A stretch of DNA of 40,000 bases from Erwinia phage pEa_SNUABM_38, in sequence record MW845759.1; one strand, written 5' to 3'. Both the position numbers and the translations under genes were made by a program. This document shows positions 9,825 to 18,724 of this stretch, in pieces (within the stretch, counting starts at the first letter, position 1; every line of letters starts with the position of its first letter). Below the pieces are notes generated by a model. That model saw nothing but the letters and a program-made list of their open reading frames with translations. It was not told where the DNA came from and ran no database searches.

Positions 9825-9866
9825 CCCAGACTCCCTAACGGGGTCTGGGTTTCTTTTTCTTTTTTT
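9825..9866 (+). terminator. Rho-independent terminator
   Basis: CCCAGAC...GTCTGGG followed by TTTCTTTTTCTTTTTTT. Confidence 0.85.
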
Positions 9867-9884
9867 ACGCTTGGCTGGTTTAAT

Positions 9885-10409
9885 GTGTCGAATAAACCTA
9901 ACCGCGGTGTCATCATGAAATTAAAAACGATTTACAACTTCTTAAAGCTGGACACATTCTCAGGCACCGTGATTAAAACGGGCACCACTAACTTACGTCA
10001 TCGTGACGATCCGCATCTGGAAATCGTTTCGCTTGACATCACGATTCAATCCGACTCCGACCCCGAAGCGCACTTTATCTACCACATGGGGATTCTGGAG
10101 TTCATGCACTCGATTAAAGAGCATAGCGTGGCGGTGGGTGACCACATCACCATACGCAAATACCCGCTGCAAACCATTTACGGTGTGAAGCGTTTCGAAT
10201 CAAAAGCGAAGATGTCTGCGAATGAGAAACTTGCGGTAAACTGGCTGGTAGACCATGGCATTAAAGAACTGCAGCGAAAGTCCAAGCTGCTCCGCATGCG
10301 CTCTGGTGGTGATGACATCACCGCGATGCAACTGGAAACCCATGCGCTGCGTGCCATCCTAATTAAGTCCCGACTGATGGAGAGAAAAAATGAACCGACC
10401 GCGTGCTAG
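9885..10409 (+). CDS. Hypothetical phage protein (start GTG 9885 or ATG 9915)
   Basis: ORF; both candidate starts lack a strong RBS. Confidence 0.65.
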   Translation: MSNKPNRGVIMKLKTIYNFLKLDTFSGTVIKTGTTNLRHRDDPHLEIVSLDITIQSDSDPEAHFIYHMGILEFMHSIKEHSVAVGDHITIRKYPLQTIYGVKRFESKAKMSANEKLAVNWLVDHGIKELQRKSKLLRMRSGGDDITAMQLETHALRAILIKSRLMERKNEPTAC

Positions 10410-11019
10410 TACCGAATATGGGATCATTACCTCTATGCTGATCGACTGTATTGATGAGCCGGTACTGGTACTCAATATTCAGCATGTTGACAACGTGGAG
10501 GCAAGCACGACTCATCGGATTCGTTTTAATGACCTGCGTACGCTTAAACGTATTCCGGGTATCGGCGATAAAGTCTCTATGACTAAATTCACGGGTACGT
10601 TTGAAGCGAGCCTTGAACCGGCGATTGTCAACCTGACCGATGAAAGTCCGGGTGGTTACGGGGCAACGGCCATGGTGTGGATTTGGCTGGGTGCGCTTGA
10701 GCTTTCCCTGCGCCGGAAACTGCGCGAGACGGTTGCGATGGGTGTTATCAATAAACAAACCGAACTGTGGACGCGGGAACTCGGTGCGTTACTTGATTGG
10801 CAACTGGGTAAAGGACTCACGTCTTACTTCGGCCGTTTAGAGCCGGGAGATGTTGGTTGCGTTGACCAGCTCTATTACGCTGAAAAGACCACCATCCACC
10901 ATCGTGGTTGGAACAGGCAGGGCGAAACCAAAGAGCTGCAAGATAGAAAGATTGACGACACCGGCGTTTATTTCATCACACGTAATAATCTGTGCTGGCC
11001 GTTGTTAGTAAAATGTTAA
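10390..11019 (+). CDS. Hypothetical phage protein (possible start ATG 10435)
   Basis: ORF ending at terminator. Confidence 0.65.
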   Translation: MNRPRASTEYGIITSMLIDCIDEPVLVLNIQHVDNVEASTTHRIRFNDLRTLKRIPGIGDKVSMTKFTGTFEASLEPAIVNLTDESPGGYGATAMVWIWLGALELSLRRKLRETVAMGVINKQTELWTRELGALLDWQLGKGLTSYFGRLEPGDVGCVDQLYYAEKTTIHHRGWNRQGETKELQDRKIDDTGVYFITRNNLCWPLLVKC

Positions 11020-11040
11020 AAGGGCTTCGGCCCTTTTTTA
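11018..11040 (+). terminator. Rho-independent terminator
   Basis: AAAAGGGC-TTCG-GCCCTTTTTTA. Confidence 0.9.
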
Positions 11041-11088
11041 CGACTGAGCCCCTTAGTTTAGAGGCTGTAAAAAGATTAGAGGGTCTAC

Positions 11089-13290
11089 ATGTCTATTGAT
11101 TACGAATCACCTTTCCGTTTAGACAAGGAAGAGTACGACCGCGATATCGACGTTGTCGATGCGTACTTCGAACAAATTAGTCACTACATCGACAACCAAA
11201 CTGGGCATGAGTATGATATTGAAACCATTCGCTTTAACGTCAATGAGATGTTTAAAGATGGTGGTGAGTTAGAACACAAGTTTCCAAACGTTCGCATGTT
11301 CGTTCGTAACCAGAAGACTGGTGACCGCGAAGAGAAGTTCGTTACAATTGATAAACTCTTCAAAACGGTTATTGCGAAAGAACTGATTAGCGCACCATCT
11401 TTAACCTTCTACCTGCCTGAAACCGTCAAACGCTCCAAGCTGTCTGAGTTCATGGAACAGAACGTGGCGAAGCGTGCGGTAATCAAAGGGGAAATGTTTG
11501 CTGCCAAAGCAGCGGGTAACGCGGTACTGCACATCAACAAAAAGAACGAGCAGAACGCCGTTAAGACCCTGAACAACGGTTCGTCCGGTGCATTCAGTTC
11601 ACCGTACACCATTCTGTACAACCAGTCGTCGCACTCGGTACTGACGTCAACCTGCCGTACGGCAACCTCGTTTGCAAACGCAGCCAACGAACGTCTGTTG
11701 GGTGGCCGTCGTCACTACGACACCCCGAACCGTGTTATCGACCACTTCCTGTCAATCGGTACCCTCACTGACTTCCGTGAGTTCGGTCAGATTGTCGAAG
11801 AGTTTAATCTGCACATTCCAACCGTTGATGAAACGATGGAAGTTATCCATTACTCGTCTAACGATTACTGGATTAACCCAGAAGCAGATAAGAAAATCCG
11901 CCAGTACGTTGAGAACACTCCGGGTCTGGAACGTGCGGCATTGGTTTACATGGGTGACCTGTTCCATCTGGCCAAGTTTAACGACGGTATGATGCGTGAC
12001 TTCTTCACAGCACTGATTAGCAAAGCAGTGTTTGAAGAAGAAGTGACCGATTGGGATGCAGCACTGAAGACCATCGACGGCGACATGAAAATTGTTCTGT
12101 CTCAGTTCCGTACGGACGTGGTGCCAGTGGGTAAATCCTTCGGGGACGTGCGCAAGAAAGATGAAAACACCGACAAGTGGCTGCCGTGGGATCAACAAGA
12201 CGAATTCAAACAACTGATTCGCACTGGTTTGTTCCTGCAGAAAACCATCGGTAAGTATTCGAAGTTCATTAAGGTTCTGTTGACCAACAAGAACCTGCCT
12301 GTCAACATTGCACGTATGCCGGATGTGGTACGTAAAGTGGGTGTGGTATCCGATACCGACTCCACGATGATGACAGCACAGTGGTGGGCTACATGGTATA
12401 CGGGAACCTACTTCGGTGAAGAGGCCACTCGTGTGTCCGACATGATTATCTATTTGGCAACGCAGCACATGCGTCACCTTATGGCCAGCATGTCCAAGAA
12501 TATGGGCGTTCACACCGACCGTATCTTCTTGTATGCAGCGAAGAACGAATTCAAATTCGACTCCTTTGCATTGACCACTAAAGCCAAGCACTACTTCTCA
12601 TTAATTACCGCTCAGGAAGGGCAGTTGCTGGAAGACCCAGAGCTGGAAGTAAAAGGTGTGTCCTTACGTACCTCGAACATTCCGCCGGTTGTAATGAATG
12701 AGTTTAAGAAAACCATCAAGCAGTTCTGTAAGACGGTGGCCTCGGGCGAACAGATTGAAATCTTGCCTGTGCTGCACCGCGTTGCAGAAATCGAACACGA
12801 GGTGGCCAGTACCGTTAAAGCCGGTCGGTCAGATTACCTCAAAACCACCAACATCAAAGACCGCAGTGCGTATGCGGACGATGATGAAAAGAACTACCAC
12901 TACCACCGCATGTACAACACCATCTTCGGGCCGAAGTATGGTTACATCGATGAGCCGCCGTACGAAGCTGTACGCCTGCCGGTCAACCTCGAGAACAAAA
13001 CCCAAATCGCTGATTGGTTAGCTTCGATTGAAGACCCTATCATCAAAGCGGGTGCGGAGAAGTGGTTTGAAGAAAACCCGAAACGTAAATACACCACCCT
13101 GATGCTGCCAGACTATCTGGTAAGCAACTACGGGATTCCGGCTGACTTGGTCAAGGCAGCGAACTCACGTCGTACTGCCTTTGCTACCGTGGAGCCGTAC
13201 TATCACGTACTGGAGTGTTTGGGTGTGTTTATGATTGACGAAGATCGTACCCGTCTGTTAAGTGACTACTACGGGGAGATGATCGATTAA
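11089..13290 (+). CDS. Divergent family-B DNA polymerase, palm-domain protein (phiKZ-like)
   Basis: Motif C-like VVSDTDSTMM; upstream a helix/motif-B-like stretch KRSKLSEFMEQNVAKRAVIKGEM...HINKKNEQNAVKTLNNGSSGAFSSP (compare K-x-x-x-N-S-x-Y-G); no separate 3'-5' exonuclease domain in the ORF. Confidence 0.75.
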   Translation: MSIDYESPFRLDKEEYDRDIDVVDAYFEQISHYIDNQTGHEYDIETIRFNVNEMFKDGGELEHKFPNVRMFVRNQKTGDREEKFVTIDKLFKTVIAKELISAPSLTFYLPETVKRSKLSEFMEQNVAKRAVIKGEMFAAKAAGNAVLHINKKNEQNAVKTLNNGSSGAFSSPYTILYNQSSHSVLTSTCRTATSFANAANERLLGGRRHYDTPNRVIDHFLSIGTLTDFREFGQIVEEFNLHIPTVDETMEVIHYSSNDYWINPEADKKIRQYVENTPGLERAALVYMGDLFHLAKFNDGMMRDFFTALISKAVFEEEVTDWDAALKTIDGDMKIVLSQFRTDVVPVGKSFGDVRKKDENTDKWLPWDQQDEFKQLIRTGLFLQKTIGKYSKFIKVLLTNKNLPVNIARMPDVVRKVGVVSDTDSTMMTAQWWATWYTGTYFGEEATRVSDMIIYLATQHMRHLMASMSKNMGVHTDRIFLYAAKNEFKFDSFALTTKAKHYFSLITAQEGQLLEDPELEVKGVSLRTSNIPPVVMNEFKKTIKQFCKTVASGEQIEILPVLHRVAEIEHEVASTVKAGRSDYLKTTNIKDRSAYADDDEKNYHYHRMYNTIFGPKYGYIDEPPYEAVRLPVNLENKTQIADWLASIEDPIIKAGAEKWFEENPKRKYTTLMLPDYLVSNYGIPADLVKAANSRRTAFATVEPYYHVLECLGVFMIDEDRTRLLSDYYGEMID

Positions 13291-13298
13291 GGAACAAT

Positions 13299-13649
13299 AT
13301 GGAGAAGTTTTATTTCTGTAAGGAGATAAGTGATGAGGCCCCGGAGTTATCCGGGGTTGCATTCCCAACTCCTGCAATGGCAGTCTACACGTTTCTGCTT
13401 TACGGTCACCCGACCTTTAAGCACATGTGTAAGCTGACCCCACGTCCACCATCGAATGCTTACGTGCTTACGACTGCACGCCCGCATGAAGTGGTGGAGT
13501 TCATGCTCTGTGAAACAGAGACTGTGACTGAGGTTGGAGGTAAGAAGATGTATGGGGATGACAATACCAAAGTTGATGCGAATTGCGGACTGACCGTTCG
13601 CGAGCTGTTGGAGTATCATCGCTTACCTATTTGTATCGAACGACACTAA
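13299..13649 (+). CDS. Hypothetical small phage protein (116 aa)
   Basis: ORF 8 bp downstream of polymerase gene, ends at terminator. Confidence 0.7.
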   Translation: MEKFYFCKEISDEAPELSGVAFPTPAMAVYTFLLYGHPTFKHMCKLTPRPPSNAYVLTTARPHEVVEFMLCETETVTEVGGKKMYGDDNTKVDANCGLTVRELLEYHRLPICIERH

Positions 13650-13655
13650 TTGACC

Positions 13656-13689
13656 CCCTATCTCGGTTTTCCGGGATAGGGATTTTTTA
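13656..13689 (+). terminator. Rho-independent terminator
   Basis: CCCTATCtCGG-TTTT-CCGgGATAGGG then ATTTTTT. Confidence 0.85.
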
Positions 13690-13767
13690 GACAAACCCGC
13701 ATCAATCCTCGAAAGTGGTTTTTTGGAGTGATGGTTTTATCTCTTATTATATGCAACTTCCCTTCAC

Positions 13768-13793
13768 GGGGGAGGGGCCTACGGGGGAGGGGG
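13768..13793 (+). repeat. G-quadruplex-forming direct repeat
   Basis: GGGGGAGGGGCCTACGGGGGAGGGGG; ACGGGGGAGGGG occurs twice with a 15-nt period (13766 and 13781). Confidence 0.8.
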
Positions 13794-13927
13794 TAATATG
13801 TATATATATGGGGATAATTAGGTAGTAGTAAATTGATCTATTAATTTAATAAATATTTAGGTTATTAACTTAGTAGATCAGATCCCAAGTAACTAACTAG
13901 ATCGATCTAAAAAACTTAAAAGATAAA
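13794..13927. other. AT-rich, GATC-dense non-coding tract (candidate replication origin or regulatory element)
   Basis: TATATATATGG..., then GATC at 13835, 13876, 13881, 13900 and 13904, continuing with 13963, 13968 and 14000 in the 3' end of the neighbouring gene. Confidence 0.35.
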
Positions 13928-13954
13928 CCTACCTACCCCAGAAGGGTAGGTAGG
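13907..13954 (-). terminator. Minus-strand rho-independent terminator
   Basis: Perfect 11-bp stem CCTACCTACCC-CAGAA-GGGTAGGTAGG (13928-13954); on the minus strand it is followed by TTTATCTTTTAAGTTTTTT. Confidence 0.8.
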
Positions 13955-13958
13955 GTAG

Positions 13959-15020
13959 TTATGATCCGATCACTTTATTTAACTTACTAAAGACATTCTG
14001 ATCCAAGGTCAGTCTTACCGAAGGAGGTAGACGTTCAGTGAACCGTAACTGGAAGAAGTTCCTCAGTTCTCTGACGAGTGTCGGGTAGTAACGGGCCATT
14101 ACCGGATTGTCGTATTGCACCACATACGCCATAAAGTTCAGGTTCACCAGTTGGTAGAACCAGCGCTGTTGGTTAGTCTGGGAATACGATTCATCGGCGA
14201 GTAACCCTAACGCACTGCCTTTCCCGTTGAAGTACATCAGGAGGTGGTTCATTACCACACCGGGTAGCGGGTTCCCTTCCTTTAACCGTTGGGCGATAAT
14301 CCGCACATTCCGGTCAACGTGGGGAGAGAGCATCGGGATAGGGTAATCGTTGAACGGGTCATCCTTTTCGATGTCCTGCCCGTTAGCAAAGAAGCGGTGT
14401 CGGTTGAATACCGCCAAGTCCATGTACGTTGGCAGCATTCGATAAACAACATACCGATAAAGATATGTATAGAGGTTAATGCCTCCGTGCTCTTTGTTCC
14501 GCTGGTAGTATTTGTAGGCTTGGAAGTATTGCCAGACAAGTGCTACGATATTGATTTCGATATAGCTGATTCCGCGCCCGCCGTTCTTAGTACCCATCTG
14601 CCAGTTCAGGTTGGTATAGTCGTGGTATAGGTAACGAACCGGCTGCAGTTCTCGCCACGGGGTATTGGGGTCGATTGGTTGAATCGATAAGGCAATCAAC
14701 TCCGCTTGTCCCTGAATAAACTCCCCCACGTGGATTTCACCGGGGTGGCCGGGAGAGACTAAACGCATGGCGTTGCCGATACTGATGAACTTGCGTCGGC
14801 AAGCCCAATAAATGTCGTCGTACTTTGCGTCGGGTGCGAACCCAATGGTGGCAAGTATCTTGGCCAGTAAGTGGTCGGAATCCACACGGGTCTGCATCAT
14901 CTCGACGCGGTTACGAATACGTCTCTGATTATTTTTTACAACAGATGCAATAGTTATGGACGTAGGGTCTACGTTGCGGGACTTTATGATGCTCTGCTGG
15001 ATATCCGCACTACTGAACAT
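13959..15020 (-). CDS. Hypothetical protein (353 aa), possibly structural
   Basis: Long minus-strand ORF with RBS AGGAGATATCATC-ATG; no catalytic motif recognised. Confidence 0.8.
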   Translation of the reverse strand: MFSSADIQQSIIKSRNVDPTSITIASVVKNNQRRIRNRVEMMQTRVDSDHLLAKILATIGFAPDAKYDDIYWACRRKFISIGNAMRLVSPGHPGEIHVGEFIQGQAELIALSIQPIDPNTPWRELQPVRYLYHDYTNLNWQMGTKNGGRGISYIEINIVALVWQYFQAYKYYQRNKEHGGINLYTYLYRYVVYRMLPTYMDLAVFNRHRFFANGQDIEKDDPFNDYPIPMLSPHVDRNVRIIAQRLKEGNPLPGVVMNHLLMYFNGKGSALGLLADESYSQTNQQRWFYQLVNLNFMAYVVQYDNPVMARYYPTLVRELRNFFQLRFTERLPPSVRLTLDQNVFSKLNKVIGS

Positions 15021-15153
15021 GATGATATCTCCTCAAGGGTGGTCATACTATCGCACGGCGACACTCTAAAATTTTACAGATAGATTTTATTCTATTGAAC
15101 CAGAGCGCTTAAAACCGTTCTACATGTTTGGGTAATGTTATTGAAAGATTATT

Positions 15154-15174
15154 CAAACATATTTTATTCTCATG
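15154..15174 (+). promoter_or_regulatory. Putative phage promoter motif
   Basis: CAAACATATTTTATTCTCATG upstream of 15226; resembles motifs at 5227, 23077 and 28334. Confidence 0.35.
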
Positions 15175-15225
15175 AGTTAACTCAAAGTAAATCATTCAAT
15201 CTCTATAAAACAGGAAATAAATACC

Positions 15226-17013
15226 ATGGTAGAATTTCACGACGAAAAGAAAAACGCTAACACTTCCTCTGCAGACAACAACGCTGCAACGGGTAACGTG
15301 TCTGGCTTCTCTGTTGGCACCGCTAACGAGATGAACATGGCCTTTGAGTGGAGCTCTGTAAACTCGCAGGCTGGTAAGTTCGTAGAAGTGATTAAAGAAG
15401 CCGCCAAAGAAAACCAGTATCTGGCGAACTTCCAAGTCGGTACCGTTGATGCGGTAACTGGCGAATTCGGTTCTGCGGCATACGTCGCTGGTGAACTGCG
15501 CGGCATCCCGCTGTTCGGCATCGTGTTCTTCGAGAAGGGTCTGTCCCTGCGTCTGGTGGTAAACAACAATCAGGAAGATTACTACTCCATCGCTTCCCTG
15601 ATTAACAAAGACGTTATCGCCACTGTTGCGAAAACGCTGAAAACTACCCACAGCCTGTCTCAGGACCCGCGCTTCATCAGCATCAACACCATCCCGGATC
15701 TGGACCTGGCTCTGACTCGTGAGCGTGCTCTGTCCATCATGGGTCAGATGATGACCAGCATCTTCGGTCGTGCTTCCGGTATTCTGGGTAAACTCGTCAT
15801 CACCAAAAATGACAAGTTCATCGCTCAGGTCGGCGGCATCGGCGAAGGCGCAGTTCTGGATGTGAACGGTCACGCACAACGTGCTGACTTCGGTATCAAA
15901 CTGTCTCACGTTCCGCTGCAGCAGAACACTACCCCGACTCTGATGTCAGGTACCAATGCTCAGCAGTACCCGAACTGTGCGGCCGCTGGTTACGCTAACC
16001 TGCGCTACACCGGTCTGGTGAAGAACGCAGACGGTAGCATCAAAGACATGCGTCAGATTGCCCCAGAGCTGATTATCAGCCTGATGGACTCTTCTACGCT
16101 GACTGCGAACGCGCCGTTTGAGCGTCAGATTCTGATGCTGGCAGTGGCTGCGAAAACTGCAGCGATGGGTGGCTGGATGGACTTCATCAAGAACTCCCTG
16201 GACGGTAAGACGCGTAAAATCTCTGCACTGGCTCAGAACGTGAACTGGGGCAAAGACGTGTCTAACACCGACTGGAAAGCGATGGACAAATCCGTCGAAG
16301 CAGCTGAGCGCTTCCTGCGTGAGTTCTGCTACGAAACCGCGGGTCTGGTCGTTGAGCACCGTGCAGGTAACGGTATCGGCGGTCTGATTGGTCTGATTGC
16401 AGAAGTTGCACAGAACAAACAGCACGCGCTGGAAACTCTGCTGGCTCTGCTGGACAACATGTTCCCGGTTGTTGAAGGTAACAAGTTCTCCGACGGCCTG
16501 CGTATTGCGTTCGGTGGTCCGACTGTAACACTGTCTGCATCTCACATCGTCTCCGGCGTTGTACCGACCGTGGCAGGTGTGTACCGTGGTTCTAACGGCA
16601 TGCGTTCATACTCCGATATGGACCTGCTGCGTACTACCACTGCGCTGGGTGACGACCGTGCTGAAGTGCTGAAATACTTCCGTGCTCAGTCGTACAAACA
16701 TCGTAACATGCAGCCTAAGCAGCAGCGTATCTACCTGGCTCAGCTGGCTAACAGCCTGTTCTCTGGCAACGATCCGATTCCGACCGGTGAAGGTGTTCAG
16801 ATTTCCATCAACACCACCTTCGCGAAGTTCCTGTACGAAGCGGTTGATGCGTGTGGCCTGCTGCAGCTGACCGGTGTGAACGCAATGTCTGTTGCGGATT
16901 CCGTACCGTTCTACAACAACACTGGCGACCTGTTCGTAATGTCTGGTGTTGGTGGCGTGTCTACCAACAACGCGTTCGACTTCGCTCAGCAGTCTGGCTA
17001 TTTCAACATGTAA
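15226..17013 (+). CDS. chmA: Candidate phage-nucleus shell protein (chimallin/ChmA-like)
   Basis: 595 aa, Asn/Ala-rich presumably disordered N-terminus, no enzymatic motifs, codon usage that looks biased to frequent codons, its own upstream regulatory region and a strong terminator after it, and immediate adjacency to the NADFDGD RNAP subunit as for phiKZ gp54-gp55. Assignment by synteny and size, not by alignment. Confidence 0.6.
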   Translation: MVEFHDEKKNANTSSADNNAATGNVSGFSVGTANEMNMAFEWSSVNSQAGKFVEVIKEAAKENQYLANFQVGTVDAVTGEFGSAAYVAGELRGIPLFGIVFFEKGLSLRLVVNNNQEDYYSIASLINKDVIATVAKTLKTTHSLSQDPRFISINTIPDLDLALTRERALSIMGQMMTSIFGRASGILGKLVITKNDKFIAQVGGIGEGAVLDVNGHAQRADFGIKLSHVPLQQNTTPTLMSGTNAQQYPNCAAAGYANLRYTGLVKNADGSIKDMRQIAPELIISLMDSSTLTANAPFERQILMLAVAAKTAAMGGWMDFIKNSLDGKTRKISALAQNVNWGKDVSNTDWKAMDKSVEAAERFLREFCYETAGLVVEHRAGNGIGGLIGLIAEVAQNKQHALETLLALLDNMFPVVEGNKFSDGLRIAFGGPTVTLSASHIVSGVVPTVAGVYRGSNGMRSYSDMDLLRTTTALGDDRAEVLKYFRAQSYKHRNMQPKQQRIYLAQLANSLFSGNDPIPTGEGVQISINTTFAKFLYEAVDACGLLQLTGVNAMSVADSVPFYNNTGDLFVMSGVGGVSTNNAFDFAQQSGYFNM

Positions 17014-17034
17014 TAACCGACTGTGATTAAAGAC

Positions 17035-17072
17035 GGGAGAGGATAAAACCTCTCCCCCTTTTCATCTGCTAT
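17035..17072 (+). terminator. Terminator between candidate chmA and RNAP beta' N-part
   Basis: GGGAGAGG-ATAAAA-CCTCTCCC followed by CCTTTTC. Confidence 0.75.
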
Positions 17073-17091
17073 TTTTTTCGTTGGAGTAAGA

Positions 17092-18714
17092 ATGAGTGAG
17101 CAAACTGCTGAATACTACGGTATTTCAGGCGAGATAGAAAACCTCGACAATTACTACTTCCAGTTAATGCTGGAGTCGCGTGCAAAGGGAATTAAACCGC
17201 CCGTAGTTATCAACGACATTGCACGTGAGTTCGACAGTAGCGTCGTCACGGAACACATCGACGCGTTATTGCAGAACCGTATTGTCAATGAGAAGTTGAA
17301 CAACACGCCGATTTGCAGCATTCATTGCGAGCACCCAACCGCGCACCGTTATAACCTTGGGAATAAATGCCCAAGCTGCGGTTTCGTGGTCACGGAAAAC
17401 CGACTTGAGTCGGAAGTGTGGCTGCAAGCGCCGACCGAAATGCAAGCGTTCATTAATCCGCGTTTCTGGTTATTGTTTAATGCGAACTTTGGCGGCCTGA
17501 CGCAGCTGAAGAAGTTCGAACGTGCCAACTATACGTTGGAGCGTGGTGCAGACTTGATGATGTGGTTGATTGACCCGCATTATAAGCTGCCCGACCAAGT
17601 CCCATCCCGAATGCAGTCTGCTATCGCCGTACTGGAAGAGAACTGTTATGTCCGCGGGATGGAAAACTTCTACGAACACCATGGTCGTGTATTTGAAATT
17701 CTGGTTAAGAAAGAGAACTGGGATAAAATCATGAACGTGGGTAGAAATACCAATGGTGAGCCGGAACGTGACCGGGAGCGTTGGATTAAGTTCTTTGCTG
17801 AACAGGCGGGAGCGATATTCTCCAGACACTTACCGATTATCACGTCGAAGTTTATCGTGGCGGAAGAGACACAGCGTGGACTGAGTGTTGACCCGGTATT
17901 TGTGGGGGCGATTGATGCGGTGAAAACCATTGCGTCTATCTATACCCGCCAGACACCGCTCGATGTTCGTTTCCTGTTGGGTCGTGCGATTAAAGCCAAC
18001 CGTCAGCTGGCGTATTTCTACAACGATCTGCGCAAAGAAACACTGTCGCAGAAAACAGGGGTCTACCGTTCGAAAGTCAGTTCAACCTTTATTCCGTTTG
18101 GTGGACGTGCAACAATTTCACCTATCTCCGAGCCACATAGCACTTGGGACTTGCATGCACCTTGGCGCTGGATGGTAAACTTAATGTCTATCGACATTGA
18201 GAATAAACTGATGAGTCGTGGGTATACTGCTCGTGAGTGCGAAACGCGAATCGCATTTGCATGTATGCAATACGACCGTGAGATTGATGAGATTCTGGAC
18301 GAACTCATTGCGGAATCGCCGGGTGGCAAAGGCATCATGGTTGTGATGCTGCGTAACCCGACGCTGGTACAGCTGTCCGTCGAAACCTTCTGGATTACCA
18401 AAGTCATCAAAGATGTGAATCAGTGTTCGATTCGTATCTCTGTACGCGCCATCAAGATGATGAACGCCGACTTCGATGGTGACCAGTTGATGGTGTGGCG
18501 TCCAGTGGATAAACGCGAAATGGACTTGGCAATGGGTTACCGTCCGGACAATGGTTTCATGTCTGCGACGAACGTAGATGAAGTTGCCCACGGGATGGTC
18601 TTGCACAATGAGGTCATCAGCATGCAGAACAACTTCCTTGCCGATGAGGAAGAAGACACTGCAATGGGCACACCGCTCGACGCCGTATTATTAGAAGCTC
18701 TGGCTAACCACTGA
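17092..18714 (+). CDS. RNA polymerase beta' subunit, N-terminal part (probable non-virion RNAP, phiKZ gp55-like)
   Basis: Zn-finger-like C-x3-C...NKCPSCGFVVTENRLESEVWL near the N-terminus; VVMLRNPTLVQLSVETFW..., and MNADFDGDQLMVWRP (catalytic Mg-binding NADFDGD). Confidence 0.93.
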   Translation: MSEQTAEYYGISGEIENLDNYYFQLMLESRAKGIKPPVVINDIAREFDSSVVTEHIDALLQNRIVNEKLNNTPICSIHCEHPTAHRYNLGNKCPSCGFVVTENRLESEVWLQAPTEMQAFINPRFWLLFNANFGGLTQLKKFERANYTLERGADLMMWLIDPHYKLPDQVPSRMQSAIAVLEENCYVRGMENFYEHHGRVFEILVKKENWDKIMNVGRNTNGEPERDRERWIKFFAEQAGAIFSRHLPIITSKFIVAEETQRGLSVDPVFVGAIDAVKTIASIYTRQTPLDVRFLLGRAIKANRQLAYFYNDLRKETLSQKTGVYRSKVSSTFIPFGGRATISPISEPHSTWDLHAPWRWMVNLMSIDIENKLMSRGYTARECETRIAFACMQYDREIDEILDELIAESPGGKGIMVVMLRNPTLVQLSVETFWITKVIKDVNQCSIRISVRAIKMMNADFDGDQLMVWRPVDKREMDLAMGYRPDNGFMSATNVDEVAHGMVLHNEVISMQNNFLADEEEDTAMGTPLDAVLLEALANH

Positions 18715-18724
18715 GGAGTATTAC

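Noticed and set aside
11752-12591. 279-aa minus-strand ORF inside the DNA polymerase gene
   Set aside because: Antisense to a motif-bearing coding sequence; Cys/His-rich composition typical of the reverse complement of a real gene.
15196-15909. 237-aa minus-strand ORF and other antisense ORFs (15237-15569, 15946-16545) inside the candidate chmA gene
   Set aside because: Antisense shadow ORFs caused by strong codon bias; no RBS and implausible composition.
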